Of a stretch of 64,000 nt of DNA, positions 1 through 10,775 are shown piece after piece. A program made the position numbers and the translations under genes. The notes below the pieces were generated by a model. That model was not told where the DNA came from. It did not search any database and saw nothing but the letters and a program-made list of their open reading frames with translations. The stretch lies in NCBI GenBank assembly GCA_030295235.1, contig AP026162.1, positions 1,302,001 to 1,366,000 of the forward strand. The letters run 5' to 3'. Numbering within the stretch: position 1 is the first letter of the stretch; every line of letters begins with the position of its first letter. The stretch is from Fistulifera solaris. Lineage: Eukaryota.

Positions 1-1763
1 ATCAGGCTCTGCTAGCTCATCTTCGAGATCAAAACTTGCTGGCACAGCTTGGGCATTCACAGCAGCAACTGGCGTCGCTACTAGGTCTCGGCGGTGGCGG
101 AGGAGGAGGCAATGGAAATAGTCCAGCTGGTCACGACATCCGCAGTCTCCTAGCCGCGCAGATGCGTCAGCAGCAACAACAACAGCAGATGCAGCAGCAA
201 TTGACAAACGCCGATCTACTTGCCTTGAGTCGATCGGGCATTCCAGGCTTGTCTGGAATCCTTGGTGGAGGTGGATTGCCCGGCGGCGGTATGTCGGGTC
301 TACCCACAGATCTGGAAGGACTCCAGCGATTGGAAGAGCTGGAACGACGCCAGCTTCTCCTAAACGCCTCCGCGCAACACGGTGGCCGTATCCCTTCTCC
401 CATGGTGAACCCGGCCGCTCCGGAGCAAGCACGCAGTCAGCCCCAGGCTAGTCGCGCGGCACGACAACCCGAGCCTATGCTCAGGGCCGATGCCCCTGCA
501 TCAACTGCCTTACCCGGGCGAAAGAAGGACAAAGAACCCGCTGCTGCGGAGGCTCGCGATATGGGAACGAGCGCAACCAGCAAAAGTGAAGTCGAAAAGT
601 CTCCTGGGTCTGTGATTGTACCTTGCCGAGCCAGAGGTATGCCCATGGATCACAATTTTAAGGTACGTCATGAAGTCAGTCCGTTTTCCTTTTTAATACC
701 CAACTCACCTTTTTTCTTGAACATAGACGGCATACTTCGTAATTCCTGAAAATGTGAAGCACGGGGAGGAACTCATTTGTTCTTACTTTGCGTGCCGCAA
801 TGCTGGTATCAAGTTCCGCTTCTGTTCGCACTGCAAGGTCCCTGTCGCCAAGCGAAACTTTCGCAAGCGTCACAAACATGGTGGAGAAATTGTTGCCGGT
901 GAGGATTCTGGTGACGAAGATGAGCCAAAGGAGATTACAAAAGGAATTCCTGAGCAAATTACGGCGAATCATGAAGAATTTGGTGAAGGAGATGCAGTCT
1001 CTTCTCAGAGTGCGGATTCGGATCATGCACACGACGTACCAGATGTCGGAAATAAAGCGATCGAAGATGCGAAGGGTCTTGTTCGCCTTTCAATGCGCAA
1101 TTTCGAAGAATCTAAAAACGCACAGGTTCATGACTTGGTCAAAAGGATATGCACGTCAGCCCAGAACGCAAGCGCCGCTGGTTGTCCCTTTTGACAAAAC
1201 GCCCTTTCACCAAAGATGGCGACTCCATGTCGAATTGGTTGATGGAAGTGCTTGCTGTTAGCGACCTCGAAACTCCTCTAAAACCAGGTTCTTTGGATAT
1301 AAGCACGGGTAACGTTGTCAAGGACAACGATGGCGCACCTGACGATGATGACTTTGCAAGCAGTGGAGATTCGGACGACGAATCTAGTAAGGAGGATCTC
1401 GCACCCGTCGCGGTTGAGAAGAAGCGCAGTGCTGATTTGATTACCAAAAATACTGAGCCAGTGGACGGTGAGAAACCCAAAGCGACCGGCGGTAGTTTTG
1501 CTGAATGGAAAGAAAGAAAGAAACAGAAAAAGCAGGCACTGGTAGAAAGTTCGTCGAATCAGGAAAAGGATGTAAAGCAGGATGCAGATGATTTGGGTGA
1601 AAAAGGATCGAAACCAGACGACAACGCTGTTGAAGGCGATAAGCAAGAAGAAAAATTGCCAGAAGCTCCCCAGACAGAGAAAGTGGCCGAACCGGACGAA
1701 AAAATGGAGGTAGATGTTAGCAATGAAACAGAGCCGGAGAAAGGAGAAGCAAGTGAAATTTAG
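1..1763 (+). CDS. Hypothetical protein with Q/G-rich N-terminus and Cys/His-rich putative Zn-binding domain (5' partial; intron 663-726; apparent frameshift at ~1141)
   Basis: The frame is open from the window start. GT at 663 and AG at 725-726 join ...PMDHNFK to TAYFVIPENVKHGEELICSYFACRNAGIKFRFCSHCKVPVAKRNFRKRH. One extra A in the A4 run at 1141-1144 would join ORF 754-1194 to ORF 1149-1763. Confidence 0.75.
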
Positions 1764-1854
1764 GAAGATTGAGTGCTTAATGTAGGATCATGTCCTTCGA
1801 ACGTTTACATCCTCTCGTTTTATAGAAAATCATAACACAAGTTCACGTTTACTC

Positions 1855-2712
1855 TTATGTGCTGTGCTCAATCCCTGTAACAAAAACGATATCAGATCCG
1901 AGAATAAACGTTTCTGCGGAAGCTGATAGTTCGGCCGCTTGTCCACGCAGCGTTGGACCGAAGCCGTTGTATCCGAGAAATTTGGGGGAAATGGTCAAAC
2001 AGAGAGCGTCGAAGAGCAATGCCGTCCAGAAAGAGGACAGCACAGCAGATCCGCCCTCTATCATCAATGTTCTGATGCCGTACGTATTGTACAGTCGGTA
2101 CAAAACATCACAAAGGTCTAGCGCTCCGTCCGAACTGCATCGGCAAGGAAGAATCTCAGCCGACGAATATTTAGCTTTGGCCGATGAAGCGGACTCGATA
2201 CTGCAGCAGAATATTGGAGACTTGACCGTTGTGAAGTTCCCATTCATGGCTTCTAATCTTGTCAAGTGAGTATCCAAAATGATGGGCCGTGGTTGATTCT
2301 TTTCCTTATCTTCCCACAATCGGTTTGTTAGCCGAGGTCTGTCGACCTCAAACGTCGTCCCTCCCACTAGTATCCCATCATGCATGGACCTCAATGCGTG
2401 TGTCATTTTCAGTGAAACTGGTCCACTAATAGGGTAATTGCTACTTGGCATCGATTGCTCAGCTGTATTCTCTTTTAGAGCAATTTTCCCGTCTAAGCTT
2501 TGCGCATATGTAAGAAGGACAAACGGGCGATCCATCTCTGTTGTTTTGAATTGATCAAAATACGCAGCCTGTCTTCGAGAGATGCTTTCCATAATTTTCG
2601 CTATGGTGTCATCGCCTGCGGTAGATGTTTGTACAATAAGAAATCTTTGCGCAACAAGCACAAACACAACGGTGACACTTCGTAAATACAACCTAATCCG
2701 TCGATCCGCCAT
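1855..2712 (-). CDS. RibD C-terminal domain reductase (RIB7-like pyrimidine reductase, riboflavin synthesis)
   Basis: Motifs RPFVLLTYAQSLDGKIA, THALRSMHDGILVGGTT, RLTNRL, QPRPIILD, TLMIEGGS. First ATG at 2712. Confidence 0.85.
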   Translation of the reverse strand: MADRRIRLYLRSVTVVFVLVAQRFLIVQTSTAGDDTIAKIMESISRRQAAYFDQFKTTEMDRPFVLLTYAQSLDGKIALKENTAEQSMPSSNYPISGPVSLKMTHALRSMHDGILVGGTTFEVDRPRLTNRLWEDKEKNQPRPIILDTHLTRLEAMNGNFTTVKSPIFCCSIESASSAKAKYSSAEILPCRCSSDGALDLCDVLYRLYNTYGIRTLMIEGGSAVLSSFWTALLFDALCLTISPKFLGYNGFGPTLRGQAAELSASAETFILGSDIVFVTGIEHST

Positions 2713-3425
2713 CGAGACCACAATATCAGATAATCATAAGACACAATTGATAAATGCTTGATGGGAAGCTAATTCTTTTTGATTAATGTGGCGAATCAAC
2801 CCTTTGTATCTTCTTCAGTAACTAATAGACTAGAGCCACAGGCCATAGGTGATCGAGCTTATTCTGTTTGTGTTGCGAGAGCGATCGGCATCAATGGCGA
2901 TGATGTTTGAGTCACGGATACTCCTGTCATGGATGCTACTTTACCAGGTAGTACTCCGTATTATACGGAGTAATGATGTAGCGTCCTTTTTCCAAAGACA
3001 GAATTTCAGTCCCGTCAATTTTTTTGTGTCCTTCTTTGGGACGCGCGGATTGCGAAGAAGAAGCGAAGAAGGACTTCTTCACTTTTCGAATCCAGCCAAA
3101 ATTCTGAAGACTGGCGCGAGCCAATCAACAGACAATAGAACCTAAACCTGGTTTCAGATTTCAAGATGATGACTATAGAAAATAATGTACCGATCCAGCC
3201 CGCCTTTTGTCTTTAGTCGTCAATCGTTCGAAAAAAATCGAAGTATAGCAGAAAACTGTACTTAAATGGGGGGAGAAAAAGACTCCCCTTCAAAAGCAGC
3301 TTCAAAAGAGGATGCCACTTTCCTTTTCAACGATCAAATTCCATCTTCATTCGCCTAAAATATACATCCGATCACTTTCATTCATCTTCTATTATCAATC
3401 TATCTTGCCAAGAGACTATTGAAAC

Positions 3426-3722
3426 ATGCCGCTCTCTCTCTTTCACCAGCATAACCCCAACCTGCTTGTTACGATTCGTCAATCTTTCAGTTCCGAATCA
3501 TCGACGGTGGACGTGCATTCCGGTATAAAAGTTAGACCGGCCAAAGTGTCATCTGATGACTCCGTGTCAAGATCACCAGCAGCTGATACGTCAAGAGAAC
3601 GTTTCGACCCGAGGAACAGCGTCTTTCGATCTATGTCATCTTCAGTGAAGAATGAAGATTCACAGCGAAGCTTTTGGGCCATCCAGCGATGTAACGCGTT
3701 TGACGACGAAGATGACGAATGA
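3426..3722 (+). CDS. Small Ser-rich hypothetical protein with acidic C-terminus
   Basis: 98-aa ATG ORF in AAACATG context, in an otherwise empty interval and followed by an AT-rich 3' region. No recognisable domain. Confidence 0.45.
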   Translation: MPLSLFHQHNPNLLVTIRQSFSSESSTVDVHSGIKVRPAKVSSDDSVSRSPAADTSRERFDPRNSVFRSMSSSVKNEDSQRSFWAIQRCNAFDDEDDE

Positions 3723-4649
3723 ATAGCTTGTTCATACAATCTTGCCTCTGTCTCATTATTTCCGGAAGCCCGACAAGTAGCGACAAATGCCTCGCTGGGT
3801 ATAACCACAACACCCACACTACCTCCTTTCTACTGTATACTTGCTCTTCCGAAGTTTCTGAACCGATGCTGCCGTCGGGCTGCAGTGTAAATACCACGGT
3901 TATTACCAAAATCGTACAATTGCTTCAATTATTCTTAATCACTTTATTATTTTATTCCGTTTAGTCAACACGCTATCAAACTCTATATTCTATTTTATGG
4001 TCTTGCTTCATAATCCAATCAGCTATTTTCATGTTTTACAATAGGGACGTGTCATCATAATCTCTGGGGTTCATGAAAACATTGCTCGAGGCACATTAAA
4101 CCACCTTGATTCATTCAAGTCTAAGCGAATTTCAGATAACGGCTTCTCTTTTTCAAATGGTAGACTAGTGCACGTATCTCCATACCAGGTCAACTACAAA
4201 AGATACCGGTAACTCGTTTAAACGGAGTAAGCCATCATTCGGAGTAGACAGTAGACATTGTTCTAGGTATGCGGAGTAGCTGCAGAAAGCGTTTTGAGGT
4301 GCACGCTAAAGGCGCTTCCAAATCAATCTATCGCTGATCTACTCCCGATTGGAGTTCAGATTGACGAACCTACGACAAGCCAGCTTCCATGTTGCATTTC
4401 AATTCTTCCGCTCCCGATCTCGACCTCTCCTGAAAGGCGACTCAACCAAAACAACGCAGCATATCAACCTAATAGATCAACATAGCCCCCCGTCTCAAAA
4501 ATTGAAATCGCCACCGTCCAGTGAATTGTTATTAGGTGTACGGACTATCGGAGCTTCTCAGAATGACGGCACACATGGGCGGTATCGAACGCCATCAGCG
4601 TTTCCCCACCCAAAAAAATCCATTACTTGACTCCACAGAAGGGTTAAAC

Positions 4650-5867
4650 TCAGTAAACCGTCGATTGAGAACTATTTTTCGTGTCACTCTTGCGGCTGTA
4701 TCGTCCTCCTTTTACTTCTTTGAGGCGCTCCCGAAGTGCTTCCGTCCCTCCCCCGAACTGTTCCCAATAGCGCAACACGGTCGGCCCTGGAATTTCACCC
4801 TGCTCCTCGACGTTCCATATACACTGGAACGTGACGTCGGGATTCACCATGTGAAGTGTGCGCTCGCGAGGTTTCCCCAGTGGATTGTGTATGTAACGGA
4901 CTCCTTTGTATTCAAAATCTTTGGGGCGATGCGAGTGACCGAATATGTGCACATGCCGAGAAAAATGCCCGCCCATCGAACGGAGTTGGTCGTCCAACTT
5001 TTGGGAGCCGGCTACCTTCGCAAACTTTGCACTCATTTCTCCTGCTCCGTGATTCAGCCAAGTCATTGAAAAATCATTCTCATCCGCTTCTAAATCATTC
5101 CAGTCAGGTAGACATTGCTTATTCGGCAGAAAGTGCGAGACGGTCAACAAAGCGTGGTCGCGATGTAGTGCTGAATGGGAACTCAAGATGTCCGACAGTA
5201 TTGGGGTATTGTATGTCTCGTGAAAATATTCAACGAGCCCTTTGGGTATTCTCTTGTTGGGTTTCGACATGGGTGGGAAATCGTGCGGTGACCATCTACA
5301 TCGTATAAAATCGACCCACGGAAAGGCGCCAAAATCCTTACAAAGCTCTTCATTGAAGGACAAAGTACCATCGTACCATGACTGAAGAGGTACAACCCAG
5401 AGAGGATTCTTCCCATCGAGAAAAAGTGGGTCGACATGCACTCCATGCATCCGACAAGTCCGTTCCACTCGGTAGAGCTTATCAAATGATGACTCAAATT
5501 TGTCATGCCTCCCAATCCAAGCCTCGTGGTTTCCCGGAAGAAAGAATATCTGACACGTTTGACGCATGAGTCGAAGCGACTCTTGCAATCGTCTCGATTC
5601 GTGTGAAATATCACCGGCGACAATTAATAAATCATCTTGACAAAGGTCTGACGCCGCAACGTTCCGTCGAAGCCATTCCATATTTTCCACATGATCTGTG
5701 TGTAAATCGGATAAGCAAAAGACTCGTTTTATGCCGTGAATTGTTTTGTAAGAAGTCGAAGTTCGCGTGGAGATGATGTCCGTTAGCGCTTGCCCTTTCA
5801 AAGCAATTGCTAGCAGAATGCACACACAATGAGCTGCGGCAACAGGAAATCTTCTAATAATCGTCAT
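4650..5867 (-). CDS. Calcineurin-like metallophosphoesterase with N-terminal signal peptide
   Basis: Motifs LSDLHTD, VAGDISH, PGNHE, SHFLP, FGHSH; hydrophobic N-terminus. Confidence 0.88.
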   Translation of the reverse strand: MTIIRRFPVAAAHCVCILLAIALKGQALTDIISTRTSTSYKTIHGIKRVFCLSDLHTDHVENMEWLRRNVAASDLCQDDLLIVAGDISHESRRLQESLRLMRQTCQIFFLPGNHEAWIGRHDKFESSFDKLYRVERTCRMHGVHVDPLFLDGKNPLWVVPLQSWYDGTLSFNEELCKDFGAFPWVDFIRCRWSPHDFPPMSKPNKRIPKGLVEYFHETYNTPILSDILSSHSALHRDHALLTVSHFLPNKQCLPDWNDLEADENDFSMTWLNHGAGEMSAKFAKVAGSQKLDDQLRSMGGHFSRHVHIFGHSHRPKDFEYKGVRYIHNPLGKPRERTLHMVNPDVTFQCIWNVEEQGEIPGPTVLRYWEQFGGGTEALRERLKEVKGGRYSRKSDTKNSSQSTVY

Positions 5868-6006
5868 GATGCTCTTTTATTTGCAGCAAATTGGTTTCTT
5901 TCTTTCTTGCGTAATCTGCTACCACGTGTGCGTTCGCCATGGTCGATCACGTTGCGAGTGTGAATTCTTTCGAAATTGCTCCCCGTCATTTTCGCACGTG
6001 TCCAGA

Positions 6007-6372
6007 TCACGTGTCCAGAAAATGTGGGAACGTGGTATTTTAACGTCTCCAGAAAATGTGTGGGTGCGGTGCTTTGACGTCTCCAGAAAATGTGGGGGTG
6101 CTGTGTTTTCACTTACCCAGAAAATGTGGGTGAGGGGAATCTCACGTATCCAGAAAATGTGGGCGAGCCATGTTTCACGTATCCAGAAAATGTGGGCGAG
6201 CTGTGTTTTCACGTACCCAGAAAATATGGGTGATGGAAATCTCACATCTCCAGAAAATGTGTGTGAGTGGAATCTCACGTGTCCAGAAAATGTGGGGGTG
6301 CCATCGAAGAGCTATTTCACGTCTCCAGAAAATGTGGTGGTGCCATGCTTCGCGTCTCCAGAAAATGTGGGG
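6007..6372. repeat. Minisatellite, 11 copies of a 33-34 bp unit with core CACGT.TCCAGAAAATGTGG
   Basis: CCAGAAAAT begins at 6015, 6049, 6083, 6117, 6150, 6183, 6217, 6250, 6283, 6325 and 6358. Confidence 0.95.
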
Positions 6373-6872
6373 GTGGGGTGTGGGGTGTTTTCACTGAAAA
6401 AATACGCAGAAGTAAAAGTTGATCATTGTTAGGAGGAAGGCGTCTAAACTTCTTATATTTCATCAACAATAATTCGTATAATGGTTGGTTCATTTATTTT
6501 CATAATACCCTGCCGTTCGCTCGACCCAGACAAGGTGAAGCATGCTTTAGCAAGTTACAAGAATCATTGTGAATCGACTGATGAAAGAACTCGAATTGCG
6601 AATGACGTGATAGTGCTCAGGATTTCTCGGTCCCGATTTCTTTGGCGTTTTCTCGCTCCGTTCTTTCTATGCGCCAACAGAGGACGAGCGCACCGTGCTG
6701 CCGTGTGGTTACTCCAACACTGTGAACCAGGTAGAGTCCCCTACCATCGTGCCCAACGTCGGGGGCACAGAAGGACTTTCCCCGAGAGCCATGGGCACAG
6801 AAACGCTCTTTAAGGAATCGCCGAGACGACCATTCGCCCCAGCACTTTCTTTGGCTTGAACCTTCGTCTCAT

Positions 6873-7385
6873 ATGCAACACGAAGATTCTTTCACAGGAC
6901 GTTTAATTGCATGGGAACACAAGCTGATTCGCGCCCAATCGTTAACGGGATACATTGCTACTTTAGGAGGAGGTTTCTTTCTCTGTCATCATTTTCAAAC
7001 AGCCATCGCATTAGCCCAACAGCAGCAACAATTAGCTCTCTTTTTGAACGATTATGGCATGTACTATCGATGCATGGTCAATACTGCCTATAACTTTGTT
7101 TATGCTGGAAAGTTTCAAATGGCACGTCAATTGATTCAGTATGTTTGGACGCAGGCAAAGTTATTGACGCCGGCGGATCCCGTACTCGAAAAGATGTGTT
7201 CAAGCGCTATGCTGTTCTGTAAGCGCGTCCGGAAGGCCTCCAATCGTTTGCGCGCTTCTCGTGTTTCCACGACGATCGACGACTTTGCCCGAATACGCGT
7301 CTTTGATGATCAGTCGCACGATCGCGACCTTCATAAGCCCTTTAATGGAGACTTTCGCCATGTGAATAACTACTTGATTACTTAG
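6873..7385 (+). CDS. DUF4807-like helical protein (5' end uncertain)
   Basis: YIATLGGGFF resembles the STLGG motif and is followed by a TPR-like helical segment. The frame is open upstream to ~6735. Confidence 0.55.
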   Translation: MQHEDSFTGRLIAWEHKLIRAQSLTGYIATLGGGFFLCHHFQTAIALAQQQQQLALFLNDYGMYYRCMVNTAYNFVYAGKFQMARQLIQYVWTQAKLLTPADPVLEKMCSSAMLFCKRVRKASNRLRASRVSTTIDDFARIRVFDDQSHDRDLHKPFNGDFRHVNNYLIT

Positions 7386-7434
7386 TAGCATGGACCACTA
7401 AAATAGAGCTGAAATCGATTATAAAGGTTTCTTT

Positions 7435-9699
7435 TTACTTCTTACTAGTCTGGGGTTTCGAAGCAATATTCTCTTTTGTGGTTTCTTCAGAAGGTGTCGA
7501 TGCAGCACTGGATTTTATATTACCCGCAGCTGTCCCTGACAAGTCACCATTTGCCATAATCTCCCTCAGCAGCATCTTTGTTTCCGCCAGCAAACGCTGT
7601 CTATCGCTGTTTCGCATCTCTGTGCTTGCTGCAAGGTATGCCTCTTTCGCCGCGAGCTGCCTTTCCAGTCGAGACAAATTGTCACGCATCTTCACTATGT
7701 GCTCCTTCGCGCGTTCGTTGTACTTGAACATACCGAAGAAGAGATCGAAAGAATCACCGGCTGTAACGTCAGCAACATCACAGAGCGCAGCATATTCTTT
7801 TGAAACTACCGGGGAGGGGGGAAGCAGTTGCTTGTCGGCAAGCAGTCGACCGGTTAGGTGAGTTACAAACTCGGCATTCGCAATCGACTCGTCGTGCTGC
7901 TCCGCACTCATCTCCACCAGTTGGCACCGGGCTTCTGAAAAGATTTTGAGATATCGTTCGAAACGGGGAACATCGGAAATGCGAATCTTATCGTACACCA
8001 TCGGGCGACCATCCCATGAGTAGGACGAATACGGATTATCTTCCGTGGAAGCAACTGCTGCGATCATCGGATGCGTCGTGACCACGTCGATGTCAGGATA
8101 GTTTCCAAACTGACGCAACATAACTGATTTGGGATGACTATTGAGAACACAGGTGTCCACGATTAGTTTGCCTCTTAGCGTTTCTGGCGGGAAGTGCTGA
8201 ATGGATTCTTCAAAATCAAGGAGCGGTACCGCAAACACAATAATATCAGCCTCTGAAACGAATTTGGACGATTCATAGCTCGGATAGTAATCCACCCCTA
8301 ACTTCTGAGCTTCTTTCGACTAATTCGGAAAAGAGACGTTAGCTAACAAGAAAATGCATGCGTGCTTTCTTCCAGTGAGGAAACTCACCCGATCCTCTTT
8401 GTCAAGACAAACGACATGATGCTTGGCAACCATTCGTTTGGCCAAAGACTGCCCCAGAGAACCGAAACCCACAATACCGATTCTAAGAGATTGTTGTTCT
8501 TCTTGATCACTGGACAGAGAAAACAACTCTGGGTTCTTCTTCATGTCCAGAGCCATGTGCTTCATTCGATCGGCAGCCTCTTTCACTGGCCCCACTAGTC
8601 TAGACTTTCTCGGAAAGGATCCCAGGATTCGCATGAAATCCGCCTGTTCTCGCAAATGTGCCAAAGCATTCTGGGTATTTTCATCCAACTCGTTCGCCAA
8701 AAAATCCAAATAGAAGCAGTAACGGAAACGCGGAAGGTCGGCTTTGTTTCGTGCCTTTCGCCCAAGTTGTTGGCTTTTAAACTTGAGGAAATTAAGCAAA
8801 GACGCCGACGTAGGGCGACTCTCAATTTTCGAAAAATCGATATCACGCAATGAGAAGCAAGCGAGGGCTTTGTAAAGAGCACCTGCTGTATTGGGAAGAG
8901 TGAAGACGACAGATGTCTTGGCCGGAATGTTTTTCGTAATGTACGCGCCGACACCTTGTCGTCCCAATAGTAGGAAGCGAGTAAAATTAGTGTCATCGTC
9001 TTCGATACCTTCATTCAAGCAATTCATGCCGTATATTTTTCCAGCCAATGCTGACGCAATAGCAGCCGTGTTTTCCGGAGTGCATTTATCTGGCAGTTGT
9101 CCTCCGTCAGCAATCATTTTTGCACTTCCGGCAGTATCATAGGTTGGTATCGGTGTAATTCCCAGGCCACGTAGAAAGTTATCACATTGCGCGAGCGCTT
9201 GTGGATGTGAAATAGCGTACTTAATATCTTCTCGTTTGACTCCTTCTTTCGCAAGGAGGCAGTGCTTGACTCTGAACTCATGCTCGGCAACAATAGTGAG
9301 ATCATACCGCAGCATGAGATCGTAGTTCTCGTGAATACTCCCTCCTAGCGAATTTTCCACCGGAAGACACGCATAATCGCATTCCATAGAAGCTACCGCT
9401 TGGAAGCAATCTTCGAAGGACGGACGACCGATCGCCACCACATTCTGACCGAGCAACTCTTTGGTCGACGCATCGGAATACGCGCCCGGGACACCCTGAT
9501 AACACACTCGCAACGCCCTTCCCGTTTTATCGGCTCCGCCACCTATGCCGGCCTCCGAAGCCGTCAGAAAATCTTGTATTCTAGCATTCACGAGTGGTGT
9601 GGAAAGCAATCCTTTTTTGTCGATCGTTTGCAATAGCTTGGGCGATGCTTGAATCAGCAGAGGCAGCGCCAGCACGAGAAACTTCAGCAGCTTTCCCAT
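7435..9699 (-). CDS. Fusion of prephenate/arogenate dehydratase (PDT+ACT) and plant-type arogenate dehydrogenase (TyrA); intron 8320-8388
   Basis: PDT motifs YQGVPGAYS, LPVENS, SHPQALAQC, DTAGSA, NFTRF, KIESRP, then Rossmann IGIVGFGSLG. A 69-nt GTGAGT...TTAG intron joins DKEDR to SKEAQKLGVDYYP in frame with ORF 7435-8295 (THPM, VEMSAEQHD, FVTHLTGR, GDSFDLFFG). Signal peptide starts at ATG 9699. Confidence 0.9.
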
Positions 9700-10102
9700 T
9701 TCCGAAGTCGAACAGAAATACCTCGATGTCAAATTGTGAATCTAGTGGCGTTGCACTGAATTGAGGTGACTTTATTGATGTTTATGATGATGTGAATGCA
9801 GTCAATGCTTTATTATTTACGCCGTGCGTGCGCGTCTCGCCGTGCGATGATGGTGGTGTTTTCATGCGGGACTTCTTCTCTTGGGTCATGAGCATGGGTT
9901 CGAATTTTGTGTACCGGTACGACTAGTGATGACGACTGGATGACGATGGCCCTTGCGAAGAACTATAGCTTTTGAAGTACGAAAGATAGGTTCGCGTGTT
10001 CGCTTCGTCTGTTGCGGTCTCACGTTGCCAAACAGCCGATCCGCTTCATCAACACCATTGCATCTGCTGCGTTTTGAAGGACCATAAAAAGGATTGTCGA
10101 CC

Positions 10103-10712
10103 ATGATCTCTTCCATTTTACGTAAAGCGGCTCGTCCCGTCTCCGCTTCGTTCACCAGAACAGGTAAGGCACACGGATCGTTGTGCTGTGTTTGCTTCAC
10201 CCCTGAGAAATACCTTAGGTTGTTGGTGACGTAGGATGAAGTACCGCAGCTACACAAAAGATGCGGGGCATCCGTATTACGATGCTCGCAACCTTTCGAC
10301 TTGTAAAATTCGATTTCAGAACAAATTTACTCACGCGTATTCGGTTGCAGCCGTATGTGCTTTCTCTTCGAATTCCATGGCTTCCGGCGATAACGTCATC
10401 GTCCCTTTGATTGCCAACTCGCTGGAATTTTTGCTTTCGTCTCCCCCACCAGTCCATCAATTTCAAGAGTCCCCCATTGTCGTGGAAACGGATCATTTGA
10501 CTTTGTATCCTGGAAAGGAGGCCGAAGAGGTATTGGCCATGCAAGGACACGAAGTAACGGACGTTATCGGCAAAGAAAAGTGGGTGCAGAATGACCCGGC
10601 CAAGTACGAAGGATTGATTCCCCAAAACGCCGAATGGACGGAATTTATTGACGAAAAGACGGGTGAAACTGTATACTTGGACGAGTTCGGTGACCGAGTT
10701 ACCAAAGCCTAG
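10103..10712 (+). CDS. Nucleus-encoded cytochrome c oxidase subunit 1 C-terminal fragment (Cox1-c), mitochondrion-targeted; intron 10164-10350
   Basis: Exon 1 MISSILRKAARPVSASFTRT is presequence-like. A GTAAGG...TTGCAG intron splices in frame to exon 2, which contains SLEFLLSSPPPVHQFQESP, matching the Cox1 C-terminal LEW..SPP..H.F.E.P motif. Product is 140 aa. Confidence 0.8.
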
Positions 10713-10775
10713 AGTTGGAAGTCTAGTTAGTCATGGTAATATAATGAAATTATGAACATGAATCCTTCTTTTATT

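Noticed and set aside
6007..6372. CRISPR array interpretation of the 33-34 bp repeat
   Set aside because: Linkers are only ~13 bp and related to one another, the core is degenerate, there are no cas genes, and the context is eukaryotic.
5864..6432. ORFs with repeated SPENV/QKMW/HIFW peptides (also 28949-29312)
   Set aside because: They are translations of the DNA repeats in several frames on both strands, with no evidence of coding.
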